In this document: piece by piece, positions 37,462 through 49,193 of the stretch | Layout: every line of letters starts with the position of its first letter | Numbering within the stretch: the stretch's first letter is position 1 | Source: Bacteroidia bacterium | GTDB lineage: Bacteria > Bacteroidota > Bacteroidia > NS11-12g > UBA9320 | Reading direction: 5' to 3' | DNA length: 64,000 bases | Assembly (NCBI GenBank): GCA_965216465.1 | Contig: CBDCFW010000005.1 | Coordinates: 160,001-224,000, forward strand | Notes under the pieces: model-generated | Database searches by the model: none | What the model was told of the DNA's origin: nothing | Seen by the model: only the letters and a program-made list of their open reading frames with translations | Made by a program: the position numbers and the translations under genes

Positions 37462-39879
37462 CTAATGAAGGTTGTTCAAAAACTGTTCCAAAGCATATTC
37501 ATCTGGAATCAAAACAGCTCTCGCCTTACTTCCTTCAAATGGGCCTACAATATTAGCTGCTTCTAATTGATCTATCAAGCGACCGGCTCTATTATAGCCA
37601 ACTTTCAGTCTTCGTTGGATTAAACTGGTGCTTCCAGATTGGTGCTGTACAACGATCCTAGCCGCATCTTCGAACATTGCATCTCTTTCGTGTGGATCAA
37701 ATTCTTTCGTAGATCCTTCAGACTCTTCCCTAACTTCAGGCAGAATATGTGCGTCTGGATACCCCCTTTGGTTGCCAATAAACTGCGTTATTGTGTCTAC
37801 TTCTGGTGTATCTACAAAAGGACATTGCAAGCGCACCAACTCGCTTCCTGTTGAGTAAAGCATATCTCCTTTACCGATAAGTTGATCAGCTCCATTTCCG
37901 TCTAGAATTGTACGTGAATCAATCTTACTCGATACCCTAAAGGCTATTCTAGCAGGGAAGTTAGCTTTAATAGTACCTGTTATAATATTTACAGAAGGAC
38001 GCTGCGTCGCAAGTATTAAGTGAATTCCGATGGCTCGGGCTAGCTGAGCAAGTCTACCAATAGGGTGCTCTACTTCCTTACCCGCGGTCATAATTAAATC
38101 AGCAACCTCGTCAACAACCACTACTATATAAGGCAGGTAGCGATGCCCTTCTTCAGGGTTCAACTTACGTGCAATAAATTTGGCGTTGTATTCTTTTATG
38201 TTTCTTACCAAGGCAGACTGAAGCAGCTTGTACCTATCATCCATTTCAACACAAAGTGAATTCAAGGTATTTACAACCTGTTTATTGTCGGTTATAATGG
38301 CATCATTATCTCCTGGCAGTTTGGCCAAGTAATGTCGTTCTATAGTTTGATAAAGCGTTAACTCCACTTTCTTCGGGTCTACCATTACAAATTTCAACTC
38401 CGCAGGATGCTTACTATATAGTAACGAAACAATAATTGCATTTAATCCCACCGACTTACCTTGCCCCGTTGCACCCGCCATTAACAGGTGAGGCATTTTA
38501 GCCAAGTCAGCAACAAACACTTCATTCGCAATTGTTTTACCGAGGCAAACTGGCAGAGCGTAATCTGAATTTTGATATTTAGCACTGCTAATCACCGAGT
38601 GCATGCTAACAATCTCTGGTTTCTTGTTTGGTACCTCAATACCAATTGTACCTTTACCTGGAATCGGAGCGATAATACGGATACCTAAAGCTGCTAGACT
38701 TAGGGCAATATCATCTTCTAAGTTTTTAATCTTTGATATACGAACTCCTTTTTCAGGAACAATTTCGAAAAGCGTAACTGTGGGACCAATGGTGGCCTTT
38801 ATCTGAGAAATTCCAATCTTGTAATTTTCCAAGGTCTGAACAATCATGTCCTTGCTTTTCTCTAGGTCTTCCTTAGACACGGCCGTTTTAACTTCATCAC
38901 CGTATGTCTTTAAGAAGTCAACCTCAGGAAATTTGTAGTCACGTAAATCTAAGCGAGGATCAAAAGGCGTGTCGATGCCATAATGTTCTTTGCCATCTTT
39001 ATCAATTACTTCTTCTTTTTCTTCAACTTGTTCTTCAATTTGAAGTTCTAAATCATCGCCTTCAGTGGTATTAGCAGACTCATCTTTAACCAATGTTGGT
39101 TCAGGCAGAGACTGCTCAATGTTTAACTCAACGGCTGCATCTTCCTCAACAGGCTCTAAATCTTCAAGCTCCGCCGCGATATTATCTTTTTCAAAGATTG
39201 ACTCTTCTGAACCCATGATGGGTTGATTTTCGTCTTCATCAGTTATTATTGGAGCATCTTCCGTTCTTCGCAATTTTAAAAGGCGTTTCTTTTTCAAGCT
39301 TTCAAGTACATCAATACTGAAGGCCACATACAAGAAGAATATTGTAACCAATGTTAACACCAACACTATTCCAATAGTTCCTATCAACGACTTCGAAAAA
39401 GCAAACACTCCATACCCCAAAAGTCCACTAAGCAACGGAAAAGAAGGAAAAATCAATGCACATACAAGTGAAATCCAAATTGCTGTTACTAGTAATTTGC
39501 TTACCGTTTTTGGTCTTATCCTAAAAGCACTATGAAAGTAGAGGTTGTAACCAACAATAAAGAAGATTGGATACAGTATAAATGACCCTATTCCAAATCC
39601 GTTGTATATGAAAAGGTGTGCAAAGAAAGCTCCTATTTTTCCCATAAAGTTTTGAGGAGCATTATTTCTAAAATCGAACAAGAATTCTTGTATACCTGCA
39701 TTCAATATACTTTGATCTGCTTTCCAAGAAAACAGATAACTGATTGATGCAAGAAAAATGAAGACACTAAACAGAAGCATCAACCCGCCAATAACTTTGT
39801 TACGCAAGGTATAATCCTTAGGTTCTTTCGTTTTCTTCTTTTTCTTTTTGGACTTTGTTTTTTTACCGAATAGTGCCAT
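37462..39879 (-). CDS. ftsK: DNA translocase FtsK
   Basis: N-terminal TM domain, MPHLLMAGATGQGKS, DPKKVEL, ATQRPS, gamma domain GYNRAGRLIDQLE. Confidence 0.97.
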   Translation of the reverse strand: MALFGKKTKSKKKKKKTKEPKDYTLRNKVIGGLMLLFSVFIFLASISYLFSWKADQSILNAGIQEFLFDFRNNAPQNFMGKIGAFFAHLFIYNGFGIGSFILYPIFFIVGYNLYFHSAFRIRPKTVSKLLVTAIWISLVCALIFPSFPLLSGLLGYGVFAFSKSLIGTIGIVLVLTLVTIFFLYVAFSIDVLESLKKKRLLKLRRTEDAPIITDEDENQPIMGSEESIFEKDNIAAELEDLEPVEEDAAVELNIEQSLPEPTLVKDESANTTEGDDLELQIEEQVEEKEEVIDKDGKEHYGIDTPFDPRLDLRDYKFPEVDFLKTYGDEVKTAVSKEDLEKSKDMIVQTLENYKIGISQIKATIGPTVTLFEIVPEKGVRISKIKNLEDDIALSLAALGIRIIAPIPGKGTIGIEVPNKKPEIVSMHSVISSAKYQNSDYALPVCLGKTIANEVFVADLAKMPHLLMAGATGQGKSVGLNAIIVSLLYSKHPAELKFVMVDPKKVELTLYQTIERHYLAKLPGDNDAIITDNKQVVNTLNSLCVEMDDRYKLLQSALVRNIKEYNAKFIARKLNPEEGHRYLPYIVVVVDEVADLIMTAGKEVEHPIGRLAQLARAIGIHLILATQRPSVNIITGTIKANFPARIAFRVSSKIDSRTILDGNGADQLIGKGDMLYSTGSELVRLQCPFVDTPEVDTITQFIGNQRGYPDAHILPEVREESEGSTKEFDPHERDAMFEDAARIVVQHQSGSTSLIQRRLKVGYNRAGRLIDQLEAANIVGPFEGSKARAVLIPDEYALEQFLNNLH

Positions 39880-39978
39880 TTATATCAAGCTTCGAAAATA
39901 GATTGAGAATGACCAAAAAATGTGGTCATTTTTAAACATTAAAATGGCAGTGTACTATATCCTAAAAAGTTGATGAAT

Positions 39979-42900
39979 CTAACGAACCAATTCAACCTGT
40001 CCCTCCACTAAATGGTCAAGTCCATCGCAGGCATACCCGTATTGTAGTACATAGAAATAAGTAGATGCAGGAAGCTCTTCTCCAACGTTCATTGTTCGCC
40101 CATTCCAACCGATGGCAGGGTCGTCAGTTTGAAATACTTGCTCTCCCCAGCGGTTAAATATTTTAAGGTTAAAATAGCGTTGATTCACAATTTCAAGAAT
40201 AAATTCTTCATTGTAAAGATCACCATTTGGTGTAAAGATATTGTACAAGTCAAGGGCTTCATAATACGTTCCAACTACCTCATTACAAGCGGTATCCAAA
40301 CAACCACTGTCGTTTGCAGCTACTAGACAGACCTCAAAAGTACCTGTGTCTTTCTTATATGCATGTGTTGGATTTTGTAAATCAGAGAAATTATCATTCC
40401 CACTTCTTGGATGGCCAAAATCCCATTGATACGACACTGCATTCGTTGAGCTATCGGTAAATGCATATTCACTGCAACTTCCGTTCTGTACAAAACTAAA
40501 ATCCGCGTTCAAACTTGTAACCGTTACTTGATATGTGGTGTCATCAAAGCACGCCCGTTCATAGGGCCCTTCTGGAACATAGTATGGGTTGAATTGCACA
40601 GAATATGTTCCCGTATCGGAGAATACATGTGAATAACTGTTTGTTAAAACGGTGGTATCCTTAGACTCTACAATCCAATTAAAGATGTCGTATATCGAAT
40701 CTGAAAGGCTCTCAAAAATTACCGGTTGTCCAACACATGCTGGCCCACTAAACTTAAAATCAACCTCAGGAATAGGTAGTACGATTATTCTTCTAACCGG
40801 ATAGAATATGGCATTCGTATCAGGAAATAAAGCTGAACAAGTGTAGCTATTTTTAGTGTCTTCATTGTAAAAACTGTCGCTGCCTTCTAGGTAAATATTG
40901 TAAATACCAGGATTAGAATATTTGAAACGCACTACAGAATCGCTGCTGGCATAGATGGTGGTATTTGCACTATCCCCCATATGCCATATTAGTGATGAGA
41001 AGTTTGTGCTGGTGCTCTTGAATTCTGCAGTATAGGGTTCACATCCTACAGTATCAGAAATAATATCAAAATACGGAATTGGTCCATTTAAGAAGATGTC
41101 GAATGTTGCCGTATCAACACATCCTGCCGTTGAACGAACGGCATGCGTAATTGTAAAGGCTCCGTTACTTGAAAAATAGTGATATGGATCTTTCAAATAG
41201 CTTGGAGTTTTATAGTCTCCAAAATCCCAGAAATAATGCTCTATTTTGTCTGATGTGCTATCAATATCGAAATAGGATGAGTCGAAGAATTGTACAATCT
41301 GATCACACAAGTACTGACCTTCTTTGTTAAAAATATCGGCATTAACCCCTGTCACAACCACGTCCATAGCAACCGTATCTACGCAGCCGTTCACATCAAC
41401 AGAGGCTAATCTCACGTTAAACTTTCCTTTTGATTGGTACACATGGGATGGATGCGATTGGGTAGATGAAAATCCGCCACCATCACCAAAATCCCACCAA
41501 AGCCTCTCAGCTCGCCCTGTACGCTCCCAATACGCTTGAGGGTCATCATAATAGCGAATGCTATCGCTAAAAAGTGACGTATCACCCAAGCAGATTAAGG
41601 TATCAGTTAGAAAAGTATTGTGATATCCAAATCGCTCCTGAAAATACTTGTAATTGTAGCAGCCATTGGTATCTTGAATAAGTATAAATATGTCGTAACT
41701 GCCTTCCTCTGTGTAGGTATGCTTAAGATCTGGAACAGTGTCAGGATGTACTTGTTGCAGCTCTATCGGAAGCTGAGGATCCCAAACATACTTCAAGTAA
41801 TCAATTTTATCATCTTCATCGCCATTGTACTTCAATGTAGCATTAATTGGCAAACATTGTCCTTCTTTATCTAGCGTAAAATTTGCAATTGGCTCATGAA
41901 ACAATTGATACCAATGATGATACCACTGCGTATCAAAGCACACACGTGTTGGGTCTAAATAATAATCGTTAGAATCAGCAGACTTATATATTCGTTGGTC
42001 ACCTGCTTCTATTGCAAAACCAACGGTCACCCAGCCTGAATCATGGGCTGTCTGTGCATAAAAATGTGTGCCCCCTACACTTTCAAAATGTTGATCGTTA
42101 GCCAGAGAATCTAAGCAAACAGACACAACCAACTCACAAGCCTCATATGTAAAATTGACCCCATATTCAGTTTTGTTACCCAGACACGGTCTATCCATGT
42201 TTGCCTGAAAAACCAATTCATCTATGTTCAGCAGACTAATTAGACCTTTCATTGAGTCTACACATCCACTTACTGGATCTGTAACCACCAGTTTAGGAAA
42301 ATAACATCCAGTATCTGAGTACCAGTGTTGTGTATTAAATGCTGTGTCTTCATTGCAATTTGTTGGGAAACCGATACAATCCGGAGCATTTTGGTCGTCA
42401 AAATACCACTGATACTGCGGATCAGCATCTGGATGTGCCAAAGAAAAATTTGCAAAAAACACTGTATCTTCAAGCGAGCATTGTTTCCGATTGAGTGCTA
42501 AGAAATTTGCCTTCACCCCAACTGACGATATTTTAATCAATCTCGAGGTATCAGCACAGTCGTCTAAACGAACAACAAATTGAACATAATAATCATTTGG
42601 ACTAGGAGGAAATATGTTCACCTCCCGATGTCGCCCTGCAATCATCACCGGACTTGTATCTCGGTCATATACTAGCCAATAATATTCTGCACCTCTAACT
42701 GCAGGGTTGGTAAAATAAAAGGGACTAGGAAAACACTTCACCGTGTCACCATATTTCACGTCTGCCTTTACAATTGGAAAGTTAATGTTTACTTGTTGAG
42801 TATAGGTATTGGTGCAGCCATTTTTGAGGGTCACAGTCAGTTTAACAGTATATGTGCCGACCGCGGTGTACGCATGACAATTGGTAGACCAACTGCCTTT

Positions 42901-43620
42901 TTCTGTCGTTCCATCACCGTAGCTCCATTCCCATGATTCAATATTTGCTGGAGCAGATGCTGAGTCATTGGTAAAACAAACCACTTGCTCATCACATTCA
43001 GCAGTTTGTTTGTTATACGTGAAGGAAGCTTTATAATCTTCAAGAAGAGAAAATGTGTACTCCCATTTATCTTCACAACCTTTATCATTAACTACCTCAA
43101 TATCAAGAGTATAAGGACTCACTTTAGGGTATTGATCATAACAGATAACATCGCCTTTACTTGGGTTGGTATTGGCATTTTGATTACCATCTCCCCAAAG
43201 AATTAACCGAGAGCTATACCCATTGGTGGTCTGCCCCATAGTGCTGTTGTCTTTGATGCATATTTCATGATCGTAAAAACAGAGGTCAGAATTATCCAAT
43301 TCGAAATCGGCTGTAGGCAGATCGTGTACCATTATTGATTTCGAAGCGGTTACGGTTGAACCATCTGAAAAAGTCACAGTAAGCTTTACAGTCTTACTTC
43401 CGATCTGACTGTAAGGATGTATGGTATTCTCTTGCGTTGAGCTTGAATTGTCTCCAAAATCCCAGGCATAAGCTGTTGCTGAGCCAGTTACATTACTTTG
43501 AAGTACAAGTAACTCATTCAGGCAAACTTCATTGTTTGACTGAATGGATACAGTCTGGGCGAAAATTTCGCCTACGCAAAAGAAAGCCAGTATGGGGTAT
43601 AGTAGTAATCTTTGATACAT
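39979..43620 (-). CDS. Multi-PKD-domain surface protein with T9SS type B (gliding-motility-associated) C-terminal domain
   Basis: Repeated WDFGD/WSYGD PKD units; C-terminal NIFTPNGD-x-x-N...IFNRWG...GWNG...TYFY...G-x-V-x-LVR. ATG 43620 follows TATCTTTG at 43639-43646. Confidence 0.9.
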   Translation of the reverse strand: MYQRLLLYPILAFFCVGEIFAQTVSIQSNNEVCLNELLVLQSNVTGSATAYAWDFGDNSSSTQENTIHPYSQIGSKTVKLTVTFSDGSTVTASKSIMVHDLPTADFELDNSDLCFYDHEICIKDNSTMGQTTNGYSSRLILWGDGNQNANTNPSKGDVICYDQYPKVSPYTLDIEVVNDKGCEDKWEYTFSLLEDYKASFTYNKQTAECDEQVVCFTNDSASAPANIESWEWSYGDGTTEKGSWSTNCHAYTAVGTYTVKLTVTLKNGCTNTYTQQVNINFPIVKADVKYGDTVKCFPSPFYFTNPAVRGAEYYWLVYDRDTSPVMIAGRHREVNIFPPSPNDYYVQFVVRLDDCADTSRLIKISSVGVKANFLALNRKQCSLEDTVFFANFSLAHPDADPQYQWYFDDQNAPDCIGFPTNCNEDTAFNTQHWYSDTGCYFPKLVVTDPVSGCVDSMKGLISLLNIDELVFQANMDRPCLGNKTEYGVNFTYEACELVVSVCLDSLANDQHFESVGGTHFYAQTAHDSGWVTVGFAIEAGDQRIYKSADSNDYYLDPTRVCFDTQWYHHWYQLFHEPIANFTLDKEGQCLPINATLKYNGDEDDKIDYLKYVWDPQLPIELQQVHPDTVPDLKHTYTEEGSYDIFILIQDTNGCYNYKYFQERFGYHNTFLTDTLICLGDTSLFSDSIRYYDDPQAYWERTGRAERLWWDFGDGGGFSSTQSHPSHVYQSKGKFNVRLASVDVNGCVDTVAMDVVVTGVNADIFNKEGQYLCDQIVQFFDSSYFDIDSTSDKIEHYFWDFGDYKTPSYLKDPYHYFSSNGAFTITHAVRSTAGCVDTATFDIFLNGPIPYFDIISDTVGCEPYTAEFKSTSTNFSSLIWHMGDSANTTIYASSDSVVRFKYSNPGIYNIYLEGSDSFYNEDTKNSYTCSALFPDTNAIFYPVRRIIVLPIPEVDFKFSGPACVGQPVIFESLSDSIYDIFNWIVESKDTTVLTNSYSHVFSDTGTYSVQFNPYYVPEGPYERACFDDTTYQVTVTSLNADFSFVQNGSCSEYAFTDSSTNAVSYQWDFGHPRSGNDNFSDLQNPTHAYKKDTGTFEVCLVAANDSGCLDTACNEVVGTYYEALDLYNIFTPNGDLYNEEFILEIVNQRYFNLKIFNRWGEQVFQTDDPAIGWNGRTMNVGEELPASTYFYVLQYGYACDGLDHLVEGQVELVR

Positions 43621-43684
43621 CAAGAGTTTCGATATACCCAAAGATAGCGATAATCAACAAAAAGTTGCCTAGAATCTATTCAAA

Positions 43685-44974
<1,290 letters not shown>

Positions 44975-46039
44975 TTAATAATAAGTTATTATTCGTTTTT
45001 TATTGTGTATTTGTTTGCCATCTACATATCGAACTTCTTCGACGCAATCGCCCTGTTCGTTGTAGATATATTTTGCTTTGAACTGATGGAATTTTCCATC
45101 GTAGTAATATCTTTCTGCTGGATATAGCGAGTAGCCTGAGAAAAACTCATTGCGCTTAAAAGAGCAATTTGCTTCAATCATTCGATCTCCTTCATAAGCG
45201 AAGCTGATGCCGTGACCATAAGTCCCTTTTTCAATGTGCATACTATCCACTAGGCCATTTTCATTGTAGTGATAGGTTAAACTGGTTTTATCTTCACCGT
45301 CATTTTTTCGACCCGCACCTAACCGTTCCCAACTGAACGAAGTTAGTTTGCCATCGGTATAGCCATAAAGTTCAATTGAACTCGAATCTACATCCGTATT
45401 GTCCCTATTTTTATAAGTGTTCAATAAAGAGATTATTTGACCTTCTTCGTCGTAGCCAATTTCATAGTAGTTTCCATACGTACCTTCTCTATTGTAAACA
45501 AAGACGCTAAAAAGCTTACCCCCTTTGTACACATAATCATACTGGGTTTTTGAGTGGTATTTATGCCACTTGGTGACCAAATGGCCTTCATCATCATAGC
45601 GATATTGAGTTCCTCGATAAACTTTTTCAGAGAACTTTTGGTTCTTGTAAATCGAAATAACTTCGAGCACGCTATCTCGTTTATCCCATTGATTCATTTT
45701 AACTTCAACATCGGTCTTCATCCAAAAATTATCTGGCCGGTCGAATGGAGCATGATTGAAATTGCGATACCCCTCTTCAAAAGTGTAATTCCACAGATTG
45801 CTGCGTTTTCCTTTGCTAAAAGCAATTACTTTGTAAATGCGAGATTGGTCATCAAAGAATTCTATTTTTTGAGTATCACCTTGAATAATGCTCACCATTT
45901 GGCTTGCATTTTTTGGAGCATCAAAAAAAGGAATTTGAATAAATGTCTGAGGTTTTATGATTTCGCCTTCGTAGATGTAGTCTTGTGCTAAAGCATAAGA
46001 GCAGCATAAAATAGCTATGAACGCTAATCCTTGCTTCAT
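44975..46039 (-). CDS. Secreted Tyr-rich beta-hairpin hypothetical protein (YD-repeat-like)
   Basis: Signal peptide; recurrent Y-x-Y-D/N-x-x-G units (YRYDDEGH, GYDEEGQ, YHYNENG, YIYNEQG). Confidence 0.65.
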   Translation of the reverse strand: MKQGLAFIAILCCSYALAQDYIYEGEIIKPQTFIQIPFFDAPKNASQMVSIIQGDTQKIEFFDDQSRIYKVIAFSKGKRSNLWNYTFEEGYRNFNHAPFDRPDNFWMKTDVEVKMNQWDKRDSVLEVISIYKNQKFSEKVYRGTQYRYDDEGHLVTKWHKYHSKTQYDYVYKGGKLFSVFVYNREGTYGNYYEIGYDEEGQIISLLNTYKNRDNTDVDSSSIELYGYTDGKLTSFSWERLGAGRKNDGEDKTSLTYHYNENGLVDSMHIEKGTYGHGISFAYEGDRMIEANCSFKRNEFFSGYSLYPAERYYYDGKFHQFKAKYIYNEQGDCVEEVRYVDGKQIHNKKRIITYY

Positions 46040-46040
46040 T

Positions 46041-47132
46041 TTAGTCCATCATGGCCACGAAGTCGTCAAACAGGTAGCGGCTATCGTGTGGTCCAGGACT
46101 TGCTTCTGGATGGTATTGAACAGCGAAAGCATTTTTACCAACAACACGAATTCCTTCTACAGTGTTATCGTTCAAATTAACGTGAGTAATCTCTGCTTTT
46201 CCTTCACTGTTGCTTTCAGGGTCAATTGCAAATCCGTGGTTTTGAGAAGTAATCTCACTTTTACCTGTTAATAGGTTTTGAACTGGATGATTTTGTCCTC
46301 TATGTCCGTGGTGCATTTTAAACGTCTTCATACCGACTGCTTGCGCTAAGATTTGACTACCCAAGCAGATGCCAAACATTTTTTCGTCGGCGTCAAGAAT
46401 ATCTTGTAAGGTCTTAACCGCATAAGGCATAGCAGCTGGATCACCAGGACCATTGCTGATCATGAAGCCGTCTGGATTCCAAGCTTTCATCTCCTCATAA
46501 CTCGTATCGCCCGGGAATATTTTCACATGGCATCCTCTTTCGGTTAAGCAGTTCACGATATTGTCCTTAGAACCTAAATCAAGCAAGGCTACTTTTTTTG
46601 TTCCCGCAGGATTTTCTTCGTACGATTCTTTGTGCCAAACTTTACTACTTAACTCCATACCTTCCATGCTAGGAACTTCAGCAACCATTTCTTTTAGCTT
46701 TTCAGGATCAAGAATCTCAGAACTAATAATGCAGTTCATGGCTCCTTTATCTCTGATGTGACGTACAATTTGTCTGGTATCAACATCTGATATTCCTGAA
46801 AGTCCATTTTCAATTAAATAATCGTTCAAACTTGAATCGGCCATAGTTCTTGAGAAATTTGGCGAGAACATTTTACATACCAACCCATTAATTTTAATCG
46901 AATCCGATTCTGTGTCAAATGATGCAGCCCCATAGTTCCCTATGTGGTCTGTGGTCATTACTAAGATCTGTCCGAAATATGATGGGTCTGTAAAAACTTC
47001 CTGGTAACCAGTCATTCCAGTATTGAATGCGATTTCTCCAGTGGTAGTTCCAATTTTTCCGATTGCGTTTCCTTTGAATACGGTGCCATCTTCGAGCACC
47101 AAGTAAGCTTTTTGCGAATTAATTATAGACAC
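46041..47132 (-). CDS. carA: Carbamoyl-phosphate synthase small subunit
   Basis: FNTGMTGYQE, SNGPGDP, GICLG, SQNHGF, QYHPEASPGPHD; -7 box TACTTTTG at 47150-47157. Confidence 0.98.
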   Translation of the reverse strand: MSIINSQKAYLVLEDGTVFKGNAIGKIGTTTGEIAFNTGMTGYQEVFTDPSYFGQILVMTTDHIGNYGAASFDTESDSIKINGLVCKMFSPNFSRTMADSSLNDYLIENGLSGISDVDTRQIVRHIRDKGAMNCIISSEILDPEKLKEMVAEVPSMEGMELSSKVWHKESYEENPAGTKKVALLDLGSKDNIVNCLTERGCHVKIFPGDTSYEEMKAWNPDGFMISNGPGDPAAMPYAVKTLQDILDADEKMFGICLGSQILAQAVGMKTFKMHHGHRGQNHPVQNLLTGKSEITSQNHGFAIDPESNSEGKAEITHVNLNDNTVEGIRVVGKNAFAVQYHPEASPGPHDSRYLFDDFVAMMD

Positions 47133-47228
47133 GTTGGTTTAGATTTGTGCAAAAGTAATTCTTAGACTGAAAAATAGTAGTTCTGTGGGATAATTGTTGA
47201 TTTGAATTTAGCCCCACTACTGCAAAGC

Positions 47229-48971
47229 TTAATTCAGCCAAGAAACGAGACGGCTATTTGCCTCATCTTTAATGACCAATTTAAAGTCCTTTTTAGGGCT
47301 TTTTGCATAGGCCAACTTGGTTGATCTCACAAGGCCATCGCGAGAATAAATCACTTCTACCTCATCGTTTACTTCATGCTTGCGATCGAAATCTTCAAAC
47401 TTTGAATTTAAACGCCAATTATCTATTGAAATAATTTCGTCGTTAACGCTTAAACCGGCCTCAATAGCAGGACTGTTAGCTAACACATTGCTCACGGTAA
47501 CCTTACCGTTCGACTCTTTGCTTTTAATTCCGCTCCATGCATTGCATTCTTCACTATTCAAATCATTAACCTCAATTCCAAATTCGTTGAAAATTTTATT
47601 GTAATCGAGTTCTTCGGTTGAAAAGATTACATCCGAAAAGAATGCTGATAAATCTCTGCCAGCCAGCTCGTTGCAGACTTCCATAAACTCTTCGTGCGAG
47701 AATCCTCTATTTTCTTTTTTATAGAAGGTGTTGTAGAGTGTTCGCATTACATCGTCAAGAGATTTATCACTAGCTTTTCTTATTTCTAGGTCAAGCAGCA
47801 ATGCCGCAATCATACCTTTATTGTAATAGCTGATTTCGGTGTTGATAGATTCTTCTTTTGGCATGTACCCTTTTACCCAAGCCAGCTTACTACTTTCAGC
47901 TAAGCTCATTACTTCTTTGCCCGGAGTATTTTCGTAGCGGTTGATTTGTGAAGCAATCACTTTTAAATATTCTTCTTTAGTAAAGTAGCCCGTACGGTAC
48001 ATGGTTAGATCGTCGTAGTAGGAAGTTATTCCTTCAACAATCCATAACATTTCGGTATAATTTTCACGGTCATATTCAAAAGGACCGAGTTCTTCTGGAC
48101 GAATACGTTTGACATTCCAAAGGTGAAAATATTCATGAGCAATTAAGGCCAAGAAATTCTTGTAGGTTGATGGATTAGTGTATCCCCATCTGTTTATCAT
48201 GCTGCATTGACTGTTTAAGTGTTCCAATCCTCCTCCACCTGAGCCCACATTGTAAACAAAGTGAACATACATGGGTGCAGGATGCTCTCCCATCATCTCA
48301 ACTTGCGAATCACTGATCTTTTTGAAGTCAGTTTGGATGGTCTCCATGTTGTAATTTCCTTTTCCTATCATTACAACACGGTGGTCAACTCCTCCACTTT
48401 CATAACTCACCTTATCGAAATTACCAATTGCCATTGGAGAATCGGCTAGCAAATCATAATTCTCACATGTAAATACAAAGCCTTGAGCCTTTGTTTGAGG
48501 TAGAGCCACTTCAACCTGATTCCAATCTGATCGTGGCTTAACAGTTAAAAGTATGGCCTCATTCTCTTTACCTACTATGTATCCAAATGCTGAGACACCA
48601 TGCAAGTAAGCATAATTTTCGTCGGCATAGCTTTGACGAACACTAACTGTAAAACAATATACATCGTAGCTTAACGAAACTTTGCTTGCTCCTTTTGTTG
48701 AAACTCTCCATGTATTTTTATCCAATCGTGAAACAGGCAGATCTCCTGCTGACACATGCTCAAATGCATTACTAAACTCACGAACCTTATAAGAACCGGG
48801 AGTCCAAACTGGAACTTTAAAATCGACGTAATCTTGGTTATTGATTTCGAAGTCGAGTTGAACGGTTACATAATGAGATTTTACTTTATCAAAGCTAACG
48901 GTATAGTTCATAGACTGTGCTGTAAGAGTAATTAAGGTTGCGACAAAAAAAGCGGCTATTTTATTTAGCAT
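47229..48971 (-). CDS. M61-family glycyl aminopeptidase with PDZ domain
   Basis: PVWTPGSY, GGGLEH, HEYFH-x-WN-x-KRIRP, EGITSYY, SYYNKG, SPAIEAGL. Confidence 0.92.
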   Translation of the reverse strand: MLNKIAAFFVATLITLTAQSMNYTVSFDKVKSHYVTVQLDFEINNQDYVDFKVPVWTPGSYKVREFSNAFEHVSAGDLPVSRLDKNTWRVSTKGASKVSLSYDVYCFTVSVRQSYADENYAYLHGVSAFGYIVGKENEAILLTVKPRSDWNQVEVALPQTKAQGFVFTCENYDLLADSPMAIGNFDKVSYESGGVDHRVVMIGKGNYNMETIQTDFKKISDSQVEMMGEHPAPMYVHFVYNVGSGGGGLEHLNSQCSMINRWGYTNPSTYKNFLALIAHEYFHLWNVKRIRPEELGPFEYDRENYTEMLWIVEGITSYYDDLTMYRTGYFTKEEYLKVIASQINRYENTPGKEVMSLAESSKLAWVKGYMPKEESINTEISYYNKGMIAALLLDLEIRKASDKSLDDVMRTLYNTFYKKENRGFSHEEFMEVCNELAGRDLSAFFSDVIFSTEELDYNKIFNEFGIEVNDLNSEECNAWSGIKSKESNGKVTVSNVLANSPAIEAGLSVNDEIISIDNWRLNSKFEDFDRKHEVNDEVEVIYSRDGLVRSTKLAYAKSPKKDFKLVIKDEANSRLVSWLN

Positions 48972-49149
48972 GTGGCAAAAGAATAAAAAAAAACAGAAGG
49001 TTCAAATGCGAATAGACGAAGCTCGGATAAGAAAGGGTAAAAGGAGGGGATAATGGTGAAAAACCTGGCTTAAACACAAAAAACTGCTAAAACCGCTGTC
49101 TGAGTCGTACATTTTACATAGTTCAATAGCTTTGTTTATGAGATTTTAT

Positions 49150-49157
49150 TATCTTTG
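49150..49157 (+). promoter_or_regulatory. -7 promoter box of rpsA
   Basis: TATCTTTG, 32 nt before TTG 49190. Confidence 0.65.
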
Positions 49158-49171
49158 CACCCATTTTTCGC

Positions 49172-49193
49172 AAAGGAGGACATGACACTTTGA
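49172..49193 (+). promoter_or_regulatory. Consensus SD plus 3-codon upstream ORF overlapping the rpsA start
   Basis: AAAGGAGG 49172-49179; ATG-ACA-CTT-TGA 49182-49193 overlaps TTG 49190-49192. Confidence 0.6.

Noticed and set aside
39908-39932. Inverted repeat AATGACCA-N7-TGGTCATT between the PKD gene and ftsK
   Set aside because: The U-tract is on the wrong strand for the minus-strand genes; cannot distinguish operator, weak terminator or chance.
48972-49149. Purine-rich intergenic stretch with AAAGGAGGGG and a nearby ATG, possible sRNA or small ORF
   Set aside because: It lies upstream of the rpsA promoter box, the ORF is only a few codons, and I found no convincing stem-loop or terminator.
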